Positions 9,211-19,558 of a DNA stretch of 60,292 nucleotides are shown here, in pieces; position 1 is the first letter of the stretch, and each line of letters opens with the position of its first letter. The position numbers and the translations under genes were made by a program. Under the pieces are notes generated by a model. The model ran no database searches. It was not told the origin of the DNA and worked only from the letters and a program-made list of their open reading frames with translations. The stretch covers positions 1-60,292 of the IMG/VR virus record IMGVR_UViG_3300023184_000002; one strand, 5' to 3'. The DNA comes from a virus. Taxonomy: Duplodnaviria; Caudoviricetes.

Positions 9211-10101
9211 TTACACCGCTTCGTAAACTCCATTAAAAATAATAGTATTTCCTGAAGTAACAGTTGCATAGTTACCGCTTGTAATGCTGGCACGAGTAAT
9301 AAAAGTTCCTGCCACATTAAAAAGTTGTGGTGCAAAAGCAGTAGTGCTGGAAGGTGCCAAAATCATAGGAATAGCACGAGATACACCTGCTAAAACTAAA
9401 GTTCCTCGTCCAATTCCTTGCCAACTTGTATCTTGAGCCGTAACAGGCAAACTTATTGTTAAAGAACCTGAACCGTTTGTAGTGGTGCTTCCTATTGTAA
9501 AAGTCCCACGGAAATTTACGGTTTTGCCAACCTGTGAATACCAACAATTTGAAAAAGCACCATTACCGATAGACCAACCAGTTCCACCTATAGTTGGTGC
9601 CCCAAGAGGTGCAGATGAATCCCAAACACGCCAAGTACCGCCAGCAACAAAATTTGAAACAGCCCAGTTAGTTGTATCCAAATTCGGAGTTGTTGTTCCA
9701 GCACCAGCAATTAAACGAATGTAAGTCAATCCAGAATAAGTAACGGCATCACCAACAGCGTAGGTTGTACCAGAAACCCAAGCCAAAGCGTTAGGTTGTT
9801 GTTGCGCTCCAATAGCCAACAAATTATTACCCACAACAACAAGCCAAACTTTTTGATAAATTGCTGGGTCAAAAGTAGTTAAGTACCTGATGCCAGTTAC
9901 AGCAGTAGTTGAACCACCAATGTAAACACCAATAGTTTGATAAGTTTCATTTTTGCTTGCAACAATTCCATTTAATAATGTGGGATAATCGCCTTTATCA
10001 AGAATTTTTGAACTAATCTCATTGAAAAAACCAGCCTGAAATTGAAAATCAGATTCAGAAGTATCAATTTCTTCAAGTTCAGTTGTATCAACATTTTCCA
10101 T
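9211..10101 (-). CDS. Minor tail protein with a CBM5/12-like module
   Basis: AWVSGTTYAVGDAVTYSGLTY...W module; C-terminal YSQVGKTVNFRG beta domain; in the tail operon. Confidence 0.65.
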   Translation of the reverse strand: MENVDTTELEEIDTSESDFQFQAGFFNEISSKILDKGDYPTLLNGIVASKNETYQTIGVYIGGSTTAVTGIRYLTTFDPAIYQKVWLVVVGNNLLAIGAQQQPNALAWVSGTTYAVGDAVTYSGLTYIRLIAGAGTTTPNLDTTNWAVSNFVAGGTWRVWDSSAPLGAPTIGGTGWSIGNGAFSNCWYSQVGKTVNFRGTFTIGSTTTNGSGSLTISLPVTAQDTSWQGIGRGTLVLAGVSRAIPMILAPSSTTAFAPQLFNVAGTFITRASITSGNYATVTSGNTIIFNGVYEAV

Positions 10102-10103
10102 AA

Positions 10104-10724
10104 TTAGTTGTATCCATAAACCTTTACAATGCCACCAGCGACAGTTGAACCCGTTATTGCAATCGTAAAACCGTCATAAACATTACTTAAAGTGTGGAAA
10201 CCTGCGTATTTTGCGCTACCACCAGATTGAGATAAATTAGGCACTTGACCATCACAAGAAAATGAAGTTTGTAAAGCCAACTGCGGATTTAAAACATCAA
10301 GAACAAGATTGCCAACACTGCCATAAACTCCACTAGACGATGTACCACCATAATTCCAAGGCAATTTAAAAGTTGTTCCTGCGGTGTTTGCTTCAGCCGT
10401 CATTGTGACCGAATTATTGACATAAAATCCAGACCATTGATAATTGGCACCAGTAGCAGTTGTTCCAGAAGCACGAAGTCCCATTGTGGCACCTGTCGAA
10501 CTACTAGCCCCAATAGTTGCTGTTAAAATAATTTTATAATTACGATAATTGCTAGTAAAAACATTATCAAGAGTGCAGGGGGAAGTGCCAAAAGTTGTTG
10601 TATTGATAAGAAACAAACCAACTTTTGTATCAACATCATTTGCAAGGTTTTGAATGTCAGCAGGAACATTTGCCGCATCTGATGACTGAGGGTATCTGAA
10701 ACCTTTGCTAGTTGTAGAAGCCAT
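10104..10724 (-). CDS. Minor tail protein
   Basis: GFRYPQSSD...IQNLANDVD N-terminus; VFTSNYRNYKII...YDGFTI...VYGY. Confidence 0.65.
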   Translation of the reverse strand: MASTTSKGFRYPQSSDAANVPADIQNLANDVDTKVGLFLINTTTFGTSPCTLDNVFTSNYRNYKIILTATIGASSSTGATMGLRASGTTATGANYQWSGFYVNNSVTMTAEANTAGTTFKLPWNYGGTSSSGVYGSVGNLVLDVLNPQLALQTSFSCDGQVPNLSQSGGSAKYAGFHTLSNVYDGFTIAITGSTVAGGIVKVYGYN

Positions 10725-10755
10725 AATGAAGTGTCCTTTCGGTTAATTTATTGTA

Positions 10756-12048
10756 TCAGGATACGGGAAGAAAACGGATAGCACGAGCCTTAGCACTCAT
10801 AGTTTCACTTGCGCCAAAAGGAATAGTTAAATTGTCCACAATTAAAGTTGTGTTAATGGCAGTTCCAGTATTGACCAATTGAACAACATCATAAACATCC
10901 ATTGCAGGATTAACAATGGAAGTCCAAGAAATTTCTTCAGCAGAACCAATGTATCTAGACAATAATCTTTGTGCTGTATTATTAGCCACAGCCTGACCAG
11001 TAATTTGATTGGAACTAATAAAAACTGGAACTTGACCAAATCCACCATAACGATAAGTTGGTGAAGAAGAATCTTCGTCCCAAGCGGTAGCAATAAAAGG
11101 TTCCAGCATGTTAGTACCAGTAGCAGTAACATGAACTCCGTTGTATGTCGAATCAGAAGAAATTTTACGATTAACATTTAATAAAACTGCTTCGTTATTT
11201 TCTAAGTATTCAATGTCAGCAACCGCACCCGAAACATCAGGAAACACATCAAGAGTACATACCCCTTCAGCATCAAAATAAAGGTCATACCCAACAGAAT
11301 TTGCTATTTCAACTGCTTTAGCCCACGGGTCATCACCAATTTGAAGCACAAAACTATTAATTAATAAATAAACAGGCGTAAGATTTAACTCAATAGATGG
11401 GTAAAAAGTTTGCAATAACGCGGTCAAAGCAACATTTAAACCAATCGTGGTAACACCAAGAGATGAAATAGTTGAGTATCCAGAAGAATAAGCAGAATCA
11501 GTAGGTTTATTCCGCATAAGTTTAATGGCACGGTCAACACCAGATACTTTAATAGTAACACCAGAGCCAGAATCATCAATTTCAACTGATGTAATAACAA
11601 AAACACCAAGAGGAACTTCTTCAATAGTATTATCTGGGTATTTAACACCGCGCCAAATCCAAATTTCATTACCGTAAGGGGTTAATGCAGAATAAGCATT
11701 TTTAGGAACATAAGGGGAATTAAAACTAACAGATTGAGTATAACTTATAACAACAAGCAATTTTGAATAACTACTTAAAGCACTGTTTAATGCACTATAA
11801 GTTGAATAAGTAGTGTTGTAATAACTGTAATTTTGATAAACAGAATTTAAAAGTATTTCTTGTTGAGTTGAATCAGCAATAGTTAAATTCATGGTACGGC
11901 GAAAAGTATTACCACCATCTATGTTTACACTTCCAGAATTAGGATACAAATCTAAAACTTTATAACCATTCGAACGAACCTCTGCACGAAAAGTGATTTC
12001 ATGCGATTGACGCACCGCACTCAAAAATTTTGAAGTTACGGGATACAT
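10756..12048 (-). CDS. Minor tail / baseplate hub protein (DUF5047-like)
   Basis: MYPVTSKFLSAVRQSH, LTPYGNEIWIWRGVKY...VPLGVFVI, SPTYRYGGFGQVP. Confidence 0.75.
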   Translation of the reverse strand: MYPVTSKFLSAVRQSHEITFRAEVRSNGYKVLDLYPNSGSVNIDGGNTFRRTMNLTIADSTQQEILLNSVYQNYSYYNTTYSTYSALNSALSSYSKLLVVISYTQSVSFNSPYVPKNAYSALTPYGNEIWIWRGVKYPDNTIEEVPLGVFVITSVEIDDSGSGVTIKVSGVDRAIKLMRNKPTDSAYSSGYSTISSLGVTTIGLNVALTALLQTFYPSIELNLTPVYLLINSFVLQIGDDPWAKAVEIANSVGYDLYFDAEGVCTLDVFPDVSGAVADIEYLENNEAVLLNVNRKISSDSTYNGVHVTATGTNMLEPFIATAWDEDSSSPTYRYGGFGQVPVFISSNQITGQAVANNTAQRLLSRYIGSAEEISWTSIVNPAMDVYDVVQLVNTGTAINTTLIVDNLTIPFGASETMSAKARAIRFLPVS

Positions 12049-13568
12049 TACGTTGACGCAACCTCAATGTAATCAACTTTAACTTCACGAAGTCTTCTCC
12101 CAGCCGTACCGCCAAGAGTTGAAGAACGTTGAACAAGTTTTACATACTTTTGAGTATTGTATGGGTCTTGAACTAAAATTAAATCTTGACTTTTAAGAAG
12201 AGCATCAAAAGCATTGTATTCAGCATCTGTAGTAAACATAATGGTGTAATTTCCATCGTCACCATAAATAGAACCGCTAACAACAATAGATGTGTTTCGA
12301 CCAATTGGTCTAAAAGTTCCATTGCTTTCAACAATTGTTTCAGAGGCACCACGCATAACTCGAACAGCACCAGCATTGTAAGAAGGATTGTTTACAGCCT
12401 TAAACCACCAATTATTATCATTACTAATAAAAGCACTTACAGAACTTGACCATGCAGAAACATAATAATTTTCTCCAACTATACCAACAGCACGGGCACG
12501 GTAATACACAGTAACATTTCTTGGAGATTCATAATCATTTATGTCTACAGCGTTTGCGGTAGGAGTTATTGAAGTTCCATTTCGAATGTCTGAATAAGTT
12601 ACTCCGCCATCATCAGAGCGTTGTAATTGAAATGTTTGATTACCAGAAGAATAATTAGAACCCGTAACGTTAATAGCAGATAAATTTAAACTAGAAGATG
12701 AACTCAAACTTACAGTAGGAACAGAAGGTATTGGGCTTAAATTAATGTTGTTGTAATTATCATCCCAAGTTGACCATAAAATGTCACCAGCAACATTTTT
12801 TCCAGATTTTACAGAATGATGCCATAATCCATTAGGAATTAAATCTGTACTTACAGCAATTGTATCTGAAGAAGCCACAACACCAGAATCCCAAGTGCTT
12901 GGAGAAGTTTCAACATCAAAACCTGTAATTGAGTATTGAGCAGAACTAAAAATTTTTGCTCTGTAATAATCTTGGTCATCACCGTCAGGGTCAGTAAAAT
13001 TCCAACTCACAGTTTGATAAGCAGAAATAGAAGTTGGAGAAACAACAGAAACAGTTGCACAAGTATTTACATCAACTTCAATGTACAATTCACGCAAAGT
13101 AACAGCACTAACAGTTCCACTGTTTTCACCATACTCGGTAATTTGCGCCCTTAACCCATTAATGCTTGTTTGATTCCAAGGATTGCCATCTGGCGAATAA
13201 GCAAACCATCCGCTAGTAAAAACTGTATTAGAAGTGTATTGTCCACGAATTGCTAAAGAAGAAGTGTAATAATTTGTTCCTTGCACTTTGGTTCCAAGTT
13301 GAATGTCCATGTGACTGGAAGAAAGTGGAGCAGTGACAGTTGCAACAATACGAACACGTCTAACTTTTTGACTGCTTGTTAAAGTTGGAGAATCAGTAAA
13401 AAGAAAACTACATTTTTTTATGCCTGTTGCTGAAGCATACTTAATAATTCCTGTACTGGTAGAACTGTCATTAATAGCAGTGTAAAGAGTTGTTCCACCA
13501 GTGAGAGTTCGAAAATTAGACGCACCAGTATCATCAAGATTAGGACGTGTAATGGTTATTGTACTCAT
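12048..13568 (-). CDS. Minor tail (distal tail-like) protein with FN3-like domains
   Basis: Directly downstream of the TMP; WNFTDPDGDDQ, FQLQRSDDGG, YYRARAV. Confidence 0.7.
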   Translation of the reverse strand: MSTITITRPNLDDTGASNFRTLTGGTTLYTAINDSSTSTGIIKYASATGIKKCSFLFTDSPTLTSSQKVRRVRIVATVTAPLSSSHMDIQLGTKVQGTNYYTSSLAIRGQYTSNTVFTSGWFAYSPDGNPWNQTSINGLRAQITEYGENSGTVSAVTLRELYIEVDVNTCATVSVVSPTSISAYQTVSWNFTDPDGDDQDYYRAKIFSSAQYSITGFDVETSPSTWDSGVVASSDTIAVSTDLIPNGLWHHSVKSGKNVAGDILWSTWDDNYNNINLSPIPSVPTVSLSSSSSLNLSAINVTGSNYSSGNQTFQLQRSDDGGVTYSDIRNGTSITPTANAVDINDYESPRNVTVYYRARAVGIVGENYYVSAWSSSVSAFISNDNNWWFKAVNNPSYNAGAVRVMRGASETIVESNGTFRPIGRNTSIVVSGSIYGDDGNYTIMFTTDAEYNAFDALLKSQDLILVQDPYNTQKYVKLVQRSSTLGGTAGRRLREVKVDYIEVAST

Positions 13569-16500
13569 TATTTCTTTTTCAAATCTTTCTGCAACTGAAC
13601 AAACGCAGAATGAATAGCCGTTTTCATTTGCTTAGTCATAACCGCTTGAGTCTTAGCATCAATACCTGCACCAAAATGGAACTGGAAAGCCCCAGAAGCA
13701 AAAGTTTGAACCGTGGTAGCCATAATGCCACGCTGTTCCATAAGACCAGTATTGGCACCGTAACGACTCTTAATTGCTTGGTCGCCAATGTAATCAGAAG
13801 CAAGAGTGATACTTCCAGTCACGCCACTAAATGAATTAACTTGACCAATTGCACTTTTGCCAGCATCAATAAGGGCTTGAGCCATTTTACCGCCAGCAAG
13901 AGGACCTGCCCCAACAATTTCTTGGAAAGAAGAATCATTCAAACCCATCTGACGCAATTTACGAAGATTTTCACCAAATTTTGTAATAGCAGTTAAACGC
14001 TGTTGAAGGTTAGCAACAATCATTTCCGCAGTAACAGGGGTTTCCTCAGAAGCACCCAAACTCATAATGCCACCAAATCTGTTGGTATCATCAATAGCAC
14101 TTTGAGCAAATTCTAAAACTTTTTGAGCCTCATTCTTCATAGCCTCTAACTGTGCTTTTCCAGCATCAGCCGCAGTTTTGGCAAGTTGCGCCGCAGTTGC
14201 TCCAACTTTTTTCAAACCTTTATCAAGTTTGTCAGCCGTAGTATCAATTTTTTTACCAAAATTGCCAGTAAGTTTATCAAGACCACCAAACATGTCACCC
14301 ATGTTGCCCATAAAACTTGTAACAGTATCAATAACTTTTCTGGTAACACCATTTGCTGTAAACTCAATAATTTTATCTCCAGTATTAGTTAGCCAATCGC
14401 CAACCGCACTTGCCCCCTTAGAAATAGAATCAACCATTGATTTAGCAATGTCACCAACGCTATTACCAAAACTTTTAGCAGTTTTTGCCCACTTGAGCAA
14501 AGTATCGCCAGCCACACCCATGGATTTTCCAAGTGTGTCAACAATTTTTGTACCAATGTTAACGTTTCCAAAATGACGAACTTTGCTTGCCCATTCACTT
14601 AAAGTGTGCGATAAAGTAATAAAAGTTTTACCAACTTTTACGCCCCAAGATTCCGTATGGTCGCCAATGGCTTGAGTTGAATCCTCAACTTCTTTATGCG
14701 CACCAAGTACACCTTTCGCCCAATTAACCATGCCATTAACAATGTCTTTACCCAAATTCCAAACTGCTTTGCCTAAACCTTTTAAAATTTGGAAAATAAA
14801 ACTGCCAAGATTTTTAGCAATTTTAAACAAACCATTCCAAACTTGAGTCCACATTTCACCAAAAGAAATCATTCCAGCAAGCCACAAACCAACACCGCGC
14901 AAAACTGTAGCGTAAGCATCCAAAATGCTAGAAATAACACCAGTTACAACTTGAAGTATCGCATTGTAATACTGCACAAGGAACTTATACAGACTGCCAT
15001 GACTAGCAAGTAATTCAGAAACACCTTTAAGCAAACGACCATAAGTTTCTAAAACAAAACCAATGTAACCACCAATTGCTTTACCAATAGCAGACCAAAT
15101 TGAAATAACAAATTTGCCTAAAACACCACTTGAACTAATTAAATGCGAATAACCCTCTACAAGTGAACCTAAAACTTTAAGAATCCAACCAATAACAAAA
15201 CCAATTGCTTTACCAATAGCATCAAAAACTTTAGTCATTGTTTTGCGGAAATTTTCAGAATGATTCCATAAATAAACAAAGGCCGCAACTAAAAGTGCAA
15301 TACCAATAATAATCATTACAAAAGGATTTACTGCAAAAGTGGTATTTAAAAGTTCCATTTCCGCGGCCGCCGCAGTTTCAGCCGCCGCAAGAATTTCCAT
15401 GTCAGCCGCACACATGACAGCCGCGGTTCCAGCCGCTTCAGCCGCAATTACTGCTTGAGCATGAGCCGCTGTAACCGCTTCGGCGGCCGCGGCCGCTTCA
15501 GCAGTTGCAATAGCGGCCGCTTCGTGAGCCGCTGTAACTCCCCAAAGACCGCCTTCCATAATTAAGGACGCAGTTGCAACCCCCTTCATTACGGCGGCCT
15601 GCGCCCCCAAAGCCAATGTCCATAATTTAGTTACAACAACTTGGGCTTTCATTGCAAGAAATCCAACGCCAAGTACGCCAAAAAAAGCAATCAAAACATT
15701 AGTATTTTTAGACAACCATCCAGTTAATTTTGCAATTTGGTCAATCAAAAAACGAACTGGAATCATTAATTTAGTTATTGCTGTCCAAACAATAGTCCCA
15801 AAAACGCGACCAACATCCATAGCAACTTTAAGCAAAGGCAACAAAGCGCGGAACAAATGAATAAGTTCTTTTTGCACTGCTGGAATCATCAAAACCATTA
15901 CAGCAAAACCAGCACCCAACGCACTTAAACCTGCAAAGAATCCACCAATAACGGGCAATGCGCCCAATAAAGAACTTCCAGCAGTCAAAGCAAAAAACGT
16001 AGTTATACCAGCGATAAACGGCAAAGCCTTAGCAATTCCTTCAGCCATGCCACGAGTTTTATCTTCAATTTCTTGCATGCCTTTAGCAGTGCTACGAGCC
16101 TTTTCCCCAAGTTCAAAGAGTTCTTGTTTTTTTTCTAAAAAATGTGCAAGAAATTGAAAAGCCCTACTCAAAGGGTCCATCATAAATTTAAAAGCACGAC
16201 CAATTGCATCAACAATTGGGGCTAACATTCCACCTTCACCAACCATTTGACTAAAAGCCTTAGTAGCGTGATAAAGATTAACAATTAATGGCCCAAAAGA
16301 TGTAGTAAAACCTTGACCAACTGCTTCTTGAATGTCATCAAAAATACGAGGAAATGAACGTAAAACTTTTGCAGGTTCATGCATCGCCGCTTCGTAAACT
16401 CCAGCAACTTTAGCACCTTCAGAAATAATCATGTTAGTGATTGCTTGTTTCTTTTGGAACTCAGTTAAAGAAGCAACCGAAACATGATTTTGAACTGCAT

Positions 16501-17053
16501 AATCATTAAATGCTTCCGAAGCAGATTTTGTAATACCAACAGAACGAAGCATTTGAGTATCTTGATTCATGATGGCGTAAGTCAAACGGGTTGCTGTTTC
16601 CGTTGAGTTAGATTGTGAAATGACAGCCAAGTCCTGTGCAACACGAGAAATTTCAGTTGCTTTAGCCACATCAAGATTTGCTTTTGCATACAACAAAACC
16701 ATTTCTTGCGCCGCATGCATTTCAATACCGTTTTTCTTAACGGCAAGTGTCGCTTCACGAAGTTTGACGTAGCCAAGACCTGTTGAAGTTCCAACTGCTC
16801 TCATAGCAATGTCAAGTTCATTTACACGAGCGGCCGCTTCAAAAGATTTGTGAGCAAAATTAATCATTGCTAGACCAGCCGCACCTGCGACAACGCCAAT
16901 TCCAGTCATTGCTTTTTGAGCAAGATTGGAACCACCTTCAACGGTGGTTTGCATTTGACGAGCAGAATTTTCTGCCATCTTCATGCCATTGACAAAATTT
17001 GTTGAATCAGCAGAAATTCGTGCCACAACATCGGTAACTATTGATTCTGCCAT
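13568..17053 (-). CDS. Tape measure protein
   Basis: 1161 aa, Ala/Gly-rich helical with periodic aromatics; follows the tail chaperones. Confidence 0.92.
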   Translation of the reverse strand: MAESIVTDVVARISADSTNFVNGMKMAENSARQMQTTVEGGSNLAQKAMTGIGVVAGAAGLAMINFAHKSFEAAARVNELDIAMRAVGTSTGLGYVKLREATLAVKKNGIEMHAAQEMVLLYAKANLDVAKATEISRVAQDLAVISQSNSTETATRLTYAIMNQDTQMLRSVGITKSASEAFNDYAVQNHVSVASLTEFQKKQAITNMIISEGAKVAGVYEAAMHEPAKVLRSFPRIFDDIQEAVGQGFTTSFGPLIVNLYHATKAFSQMVGEGGMLAPIVDAIGRAFKFMMDPLSRAFQFLAHFLEKKQELFELGEKARSTAKGMQEIEDKTRGMAEGIAKALPFIAGITTFFALTAGSSLLGALPVIGGFFAGLSALGAGFAVMVLMIPAVQKELIHLFRALLPLLKVAMDVGRVFGTIVWTAITKLMIPVRFLIDQIAKLTGWLSKNTNVLIAFFGVLGVGFLAMKAQVVVTKLWTLALGAQAAVMKGVATASLIMEGGLWGVTAAHEAAAIATAEAAAAAEAVTAAHAQAVIAAEAAGTAAVMCAADMEILAAAETAAAAEMELLNTTFAVNPFVMIIIGIALLVAAFVYLWNHSENFRKTMTKVFDAIGKAIGFVIGWILKVLGSLVEGYSHLISSSGVLGKFVISIWSAIGKAIGGYIGFVLETYGRLLKGVSELLASHGSLYKFLVQYYNAILQVVTGVISSILDAYATVLRGVGLWLAGMISFGEMWTQVWNGLFKIAKNLGSFIFQILKGLGKAVWNLGKDIVNGMVNWAKGVLGAHKEVEDSTQAIGDHTESWGVKVGKTFITLSHTLSEWASKVRHFGNVNIGTKIVDTLGKSMGVAGDTLLKWAKTAKSFGNSVGDIAKSMVDSISKGASAVGDWLTNTGDKIIEFTANGVTRKVIDTVTSFMGNMGDMFGGLDKLTGNFGKKIDTTADKLDKGLKKVGATAAQLAKTAADAGKAQLEAMKNEAQKVLEFAQSAIDDTNRFGGIMSLGASEETPVTAEMIVANLQQRLTAITKFGENLRKLRQMGLNDSSFQEIVGAGPLAGGKMAQALIDAGKSAIGQVNSFSGVTGSITLASDYIGDQAIKSRYGANTGLMEQRGIMATTVQTFASGAFQFHFGAGIDAKTQAVMTKQMKTAIHSAFVQLQKDLKKK

Positions 17054-17065
17054 TTCAACTCCTAA

Positions 17066-17272
17066 CTACATACTGGAATCTCTTGATTCCATGACTTCAA
17101 GACGGTGCAATGCTTCCCATTGCATCAACTCGTAGCCTGAAATCGGGCGATGGCTGGGGCTACCGTTTAGTAGTTCCCCAACCGTCCTACCCAATTTTTC
17201 AGCGAGCATAAAAACGAATCTAAGATTCGGTTGAAGCAGGAAACTGTTTACCTGCGTCTTCAGCCTCAGCAT
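17066..17272 (-). CDS. Tail assembly chaperone extension (T-like frame)
   Basis: RFVFMLAEKLGRTVGELL...ELMQW; overlaps the chaperone 3' end; just before the TMP. Confidence 0.7.
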   Translation of the reverse strand: MLRLKTQVNSFLLQPNLRFVFMLAEKLGRTVGELLNGSPSHRPISGYELMQWEALHRLEVMESRDSSM

Positions 17273-17591
17273 TCGTTAAACCACCTACACGCATCGCTTC
17301 TTGCGCCAAAAGGTCAAGGGCAATAGCCGATTTATTTAGCAATGCATCAGCATCTTCAGGAACAAAAATTGCTTCCCCAGTTTCAGGGTCATAACATGAA
17401 GCAATAACAATTGCTGGATACATGACCTGCAAATCAACCTGACCAGTTGCTGTATCAACTGCATTTTTCAGGATGCTAGTACGGTCAGCACCAGTCATGC
17501 CACGAACTTCAATGTCAATACCCCATTCTGGGACATGTACAATTTTCTTTAAGATGTCATCTTTAGCCAAAATTTGGTCACGAAGGGACAT
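17220..17591 (-). CDS. Tail assembly chaperone (G-like)
   Basis: LRDQIL...VHVPEWG..IEVRGMTGADR...DPETGEAIF; between tail tube and TMP. Confidence 0.85.
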   Translation of the reverse strand: MSLRDQILAKDDILKKIVHVPEWGIDIEVRGMTGADRTSILKNAVDTATGQVDLQVMYPAIVIASCYDPETGEAIFVPEDADALLNKSAIALDLLAQEAMRVGGLTNAEAEDAGKQFPASTES

Positions 17592-17640
17592 TTATTTCTC
17601 CTTTAGGGTTTGGGGCACTAAGCCACGTTGTTGTATTTAG

Positions 17641-18075
17641 TTATGATGTTGCGCGAGTTACTGCGCCAGTTACCTGAAGTTCCAAAGAAAATGAAACAAC
17701 GTCAGCAACAGATGATTTTACTTCGTAAGATTTGATAAGTGCTGAACCAGTCCACTTTGGATTGGTTGAACTTACAATCGCATTGTTTGTGCGGTATTCA
17801 AACAATAGAGAAGAAATTGTTCCAGCCTGAAGTCCACTAAGACAAGTCTGAATTTGCGAATCAAATGTTGAATCATACTTTCCAGAAACAGAAATAGTCG
17901 AATCTCCAAGACCAGTGATGTAAGTCTTAGCATTTGAACCAAATGATGTTGTTTCACCCATGTCTAGACCACGACCAATACCGACATCCTGCAAAATTGC
18001 TGACATGTCAGTAAGTGTTGCAGAGCCGTTGTCAAGAGCAAAATAAGCGGATTTACCGTGTTTAAAAGTTGGCAT
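17641..18075 (-). CDS. Major tail (tube) protein
   Basis: MPTFKHGK, ETTSFGSNAKTYITGL, SYEVKSSVADVVSFSLELQVTGAVTR; SD GGAG; start at 18075. Confidence 0.85.
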   Translation of the reverse strand: MPTFKHGKSAYFALDNGSATLTDMSAILQDVGIGRGLDMGETTSFGSNAKTYITGLGDSTISVSGKYDSTFDSQIQTCLSGLQAGTISSLLFEYRTNNAIVSSTNPKWTGSALIKSYEVKSSVADVVSFSLELQVTGAVTRATS

Positions 18076-18076
18076 G

Positions 18077-19054
18077 TTATCTCCTTGAAATAGCCATTGA
18101 ATAAGTAACGCTTCCCGTGCCCGATGCAAGAGTCGCTAGTGCCCGAACATAACGATTTACAGTTGCGGAAGTTGATACTTTCCGTTCCTGATAAATCGAA
18201 CTGGCAGGAACAACCGTAAACGTATCCAACGTGTTCCAACTGGAACCATCCGTGGAATGTTGAATAGCAAACGTTGCTGTTCCTGTCCATGTGTTTGCAG
18301 TCACATGAAGATGTGCTACATAACCTCGTGTAGTGGCACCAAGGGAAGCACCATTATCTAAAGTTGCGCCGTTGTTGGCACCAATAGTGTTAATCGTTGT
18401 TGCGCCTTGCAGAATTTTACCTGAATCCAAACCGTTATCGGCTTCACATTCAACATTTGCTTGAATAACGTCAGCAACACTTGATTTAATTTCGTAGGAC
18501 TTTACACGAGTACCTGCCAAGAAACACATAGTTCCAGCAGTTAAACCTTCTTGAGCAACAGTGGCTGTTTGAATAACAGAATTTGTTGCAGTTCCACCAG
18601 TTGAAGAAGCCGAGGCTACAACAGCGTTAGTCACTAAAGAAAAACTGGTAACAGTTGGCGCAGGACTTGAAGCAATAACTCCTGTTACATTGTGCGTAGA
18701 TTGTGATGTGCCAGCCACGGTAACAATTTGACCAGCACCAAAAGGAATCGTCATTGTTGGAACAGTAAAAGCAATAACATTTGTGCCAGTGCTTGAACCT
18801 GAAGTTATTGTCGTAAATGTATCTTGATTAAGCGCATTGTTTAAAACTGGGTCATTTTCTGAACCCTCATACAATCCACTTAAAGAAAATGTGGCTGATT
18901 CAATGCCAGTTATGTAAGTTTTAGCATCATTGCCAAAAGTTGTAGTTTCGTTAGTATCAATAGAATTTGCTACACCAACACTATTTAAATACTGAGAAAG
19001 ATTATTGGAACCAAAAAGAATTGCAGTTTTTTTACCATGACGAAAAGTTGGCAT
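18077..19054 (-). CDS. Second tail-tube paralogue with insertion and C-terminal extension
   Basis: MPTFRHGK, ETTTFGNDAKTYITGI, SYEIKSSVADV shared with the next gene. Confidence 0.75.
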   Translation of the reverse strand: MPTFRHGKKTAILFGSNNLSQYLNSVGVANSIDTNETTTFGNDAKTYITGIESATFSLSGLYEGSENDPVLNNALNQDTFTTITSGSSTGTNVIAFTVPTMTIPFGAGQIVTVAGTSQSTHNVTGVIASSPAPTVTSFSLVTNAVVASASSTGGTATNSVIQTATVAQEGLTAGTMCFLAGTRVKSYEIKSSVADVIQANVECEADNGLDSGKILQGATTINTIGANNGATLDNGASLGATTRGYVAHLHVTANTWTGTATFAIQHSTDGSSWNTLDTFTVVPASSIYQERKVSTSATVNRYVRALATLASGTGSVTYSMAISRR

Positions 19055-19290
19055 TAGTCAATTACCTCTTCTTCTGATACAGATTCAGAAACGGTTTCTG
19101 CTGTTACTTCAGGGTCAGGAATTTCAATTATTGTTTTAGAAGATTTTTTAGAATCTACAAGTTCAATAGCATTTACACTCAAAAAGTATTTAATTGATTT
19201 TTCTGATAAATCATCAATAATTTCACCAACATAAGCGTTTTTGTTTGGGGGATAACTAATCACATAGTCAAGCACTTCGTACTTAGCCAT
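19054..19290 (-). CDS. Small acidic protein, first gene of the tail operon
   Basis: SD GGAG; stop overlaps the next start. Confidence 0.6.
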   Translation of the reverse strand: MAKYEVLDYVISYPPNKNAYVGEIIDDLSEKSIKYFLSVNAIELVDSKKSSKTIIEIPDPEVTAETVSESVSEEEVID

Positions 19291-19434
19291 TTCAACTCCA
19301 TCTCTTTACGGCAAGGCGAAATCCCTACCATAAGACCTCAAGGGCACGATGGATGGGGACACCTTGGTCACGTTCGCTTAACACATAGCATACATTTTTA
19401 GCGTGACACGCCGACATCAAACACGCCGAAATAG

Positions 19435-19480
19435 AAATGCCGAGTCGTTCCGAAAGCAAGAACAGAACGACTCGGCATTT
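19435..19480. terminator. Perfect 16-bp hairpin, probable terminator
   Basis: AAATGCCGAGTCGTTC-14 nt-GAACGACTCGGCATTT, downstream of ORF 19559..20806. Confidence 0.7.
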
Positions 19481-19558
19481 GTGTTAAGGAAGGACGAGTT
19501 CTCTCAACAAGGCAATAACCTAATCAGAATCTTAACTCAATCCGTTATGCAGGTCAAC

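Noticed and set aside
15350-15610. GC-rich cluster with several GCGGCCGC sites as foreign DNA
   Set aside because: Encodes an in-frame Ala-rich stretch of the tape measure protein
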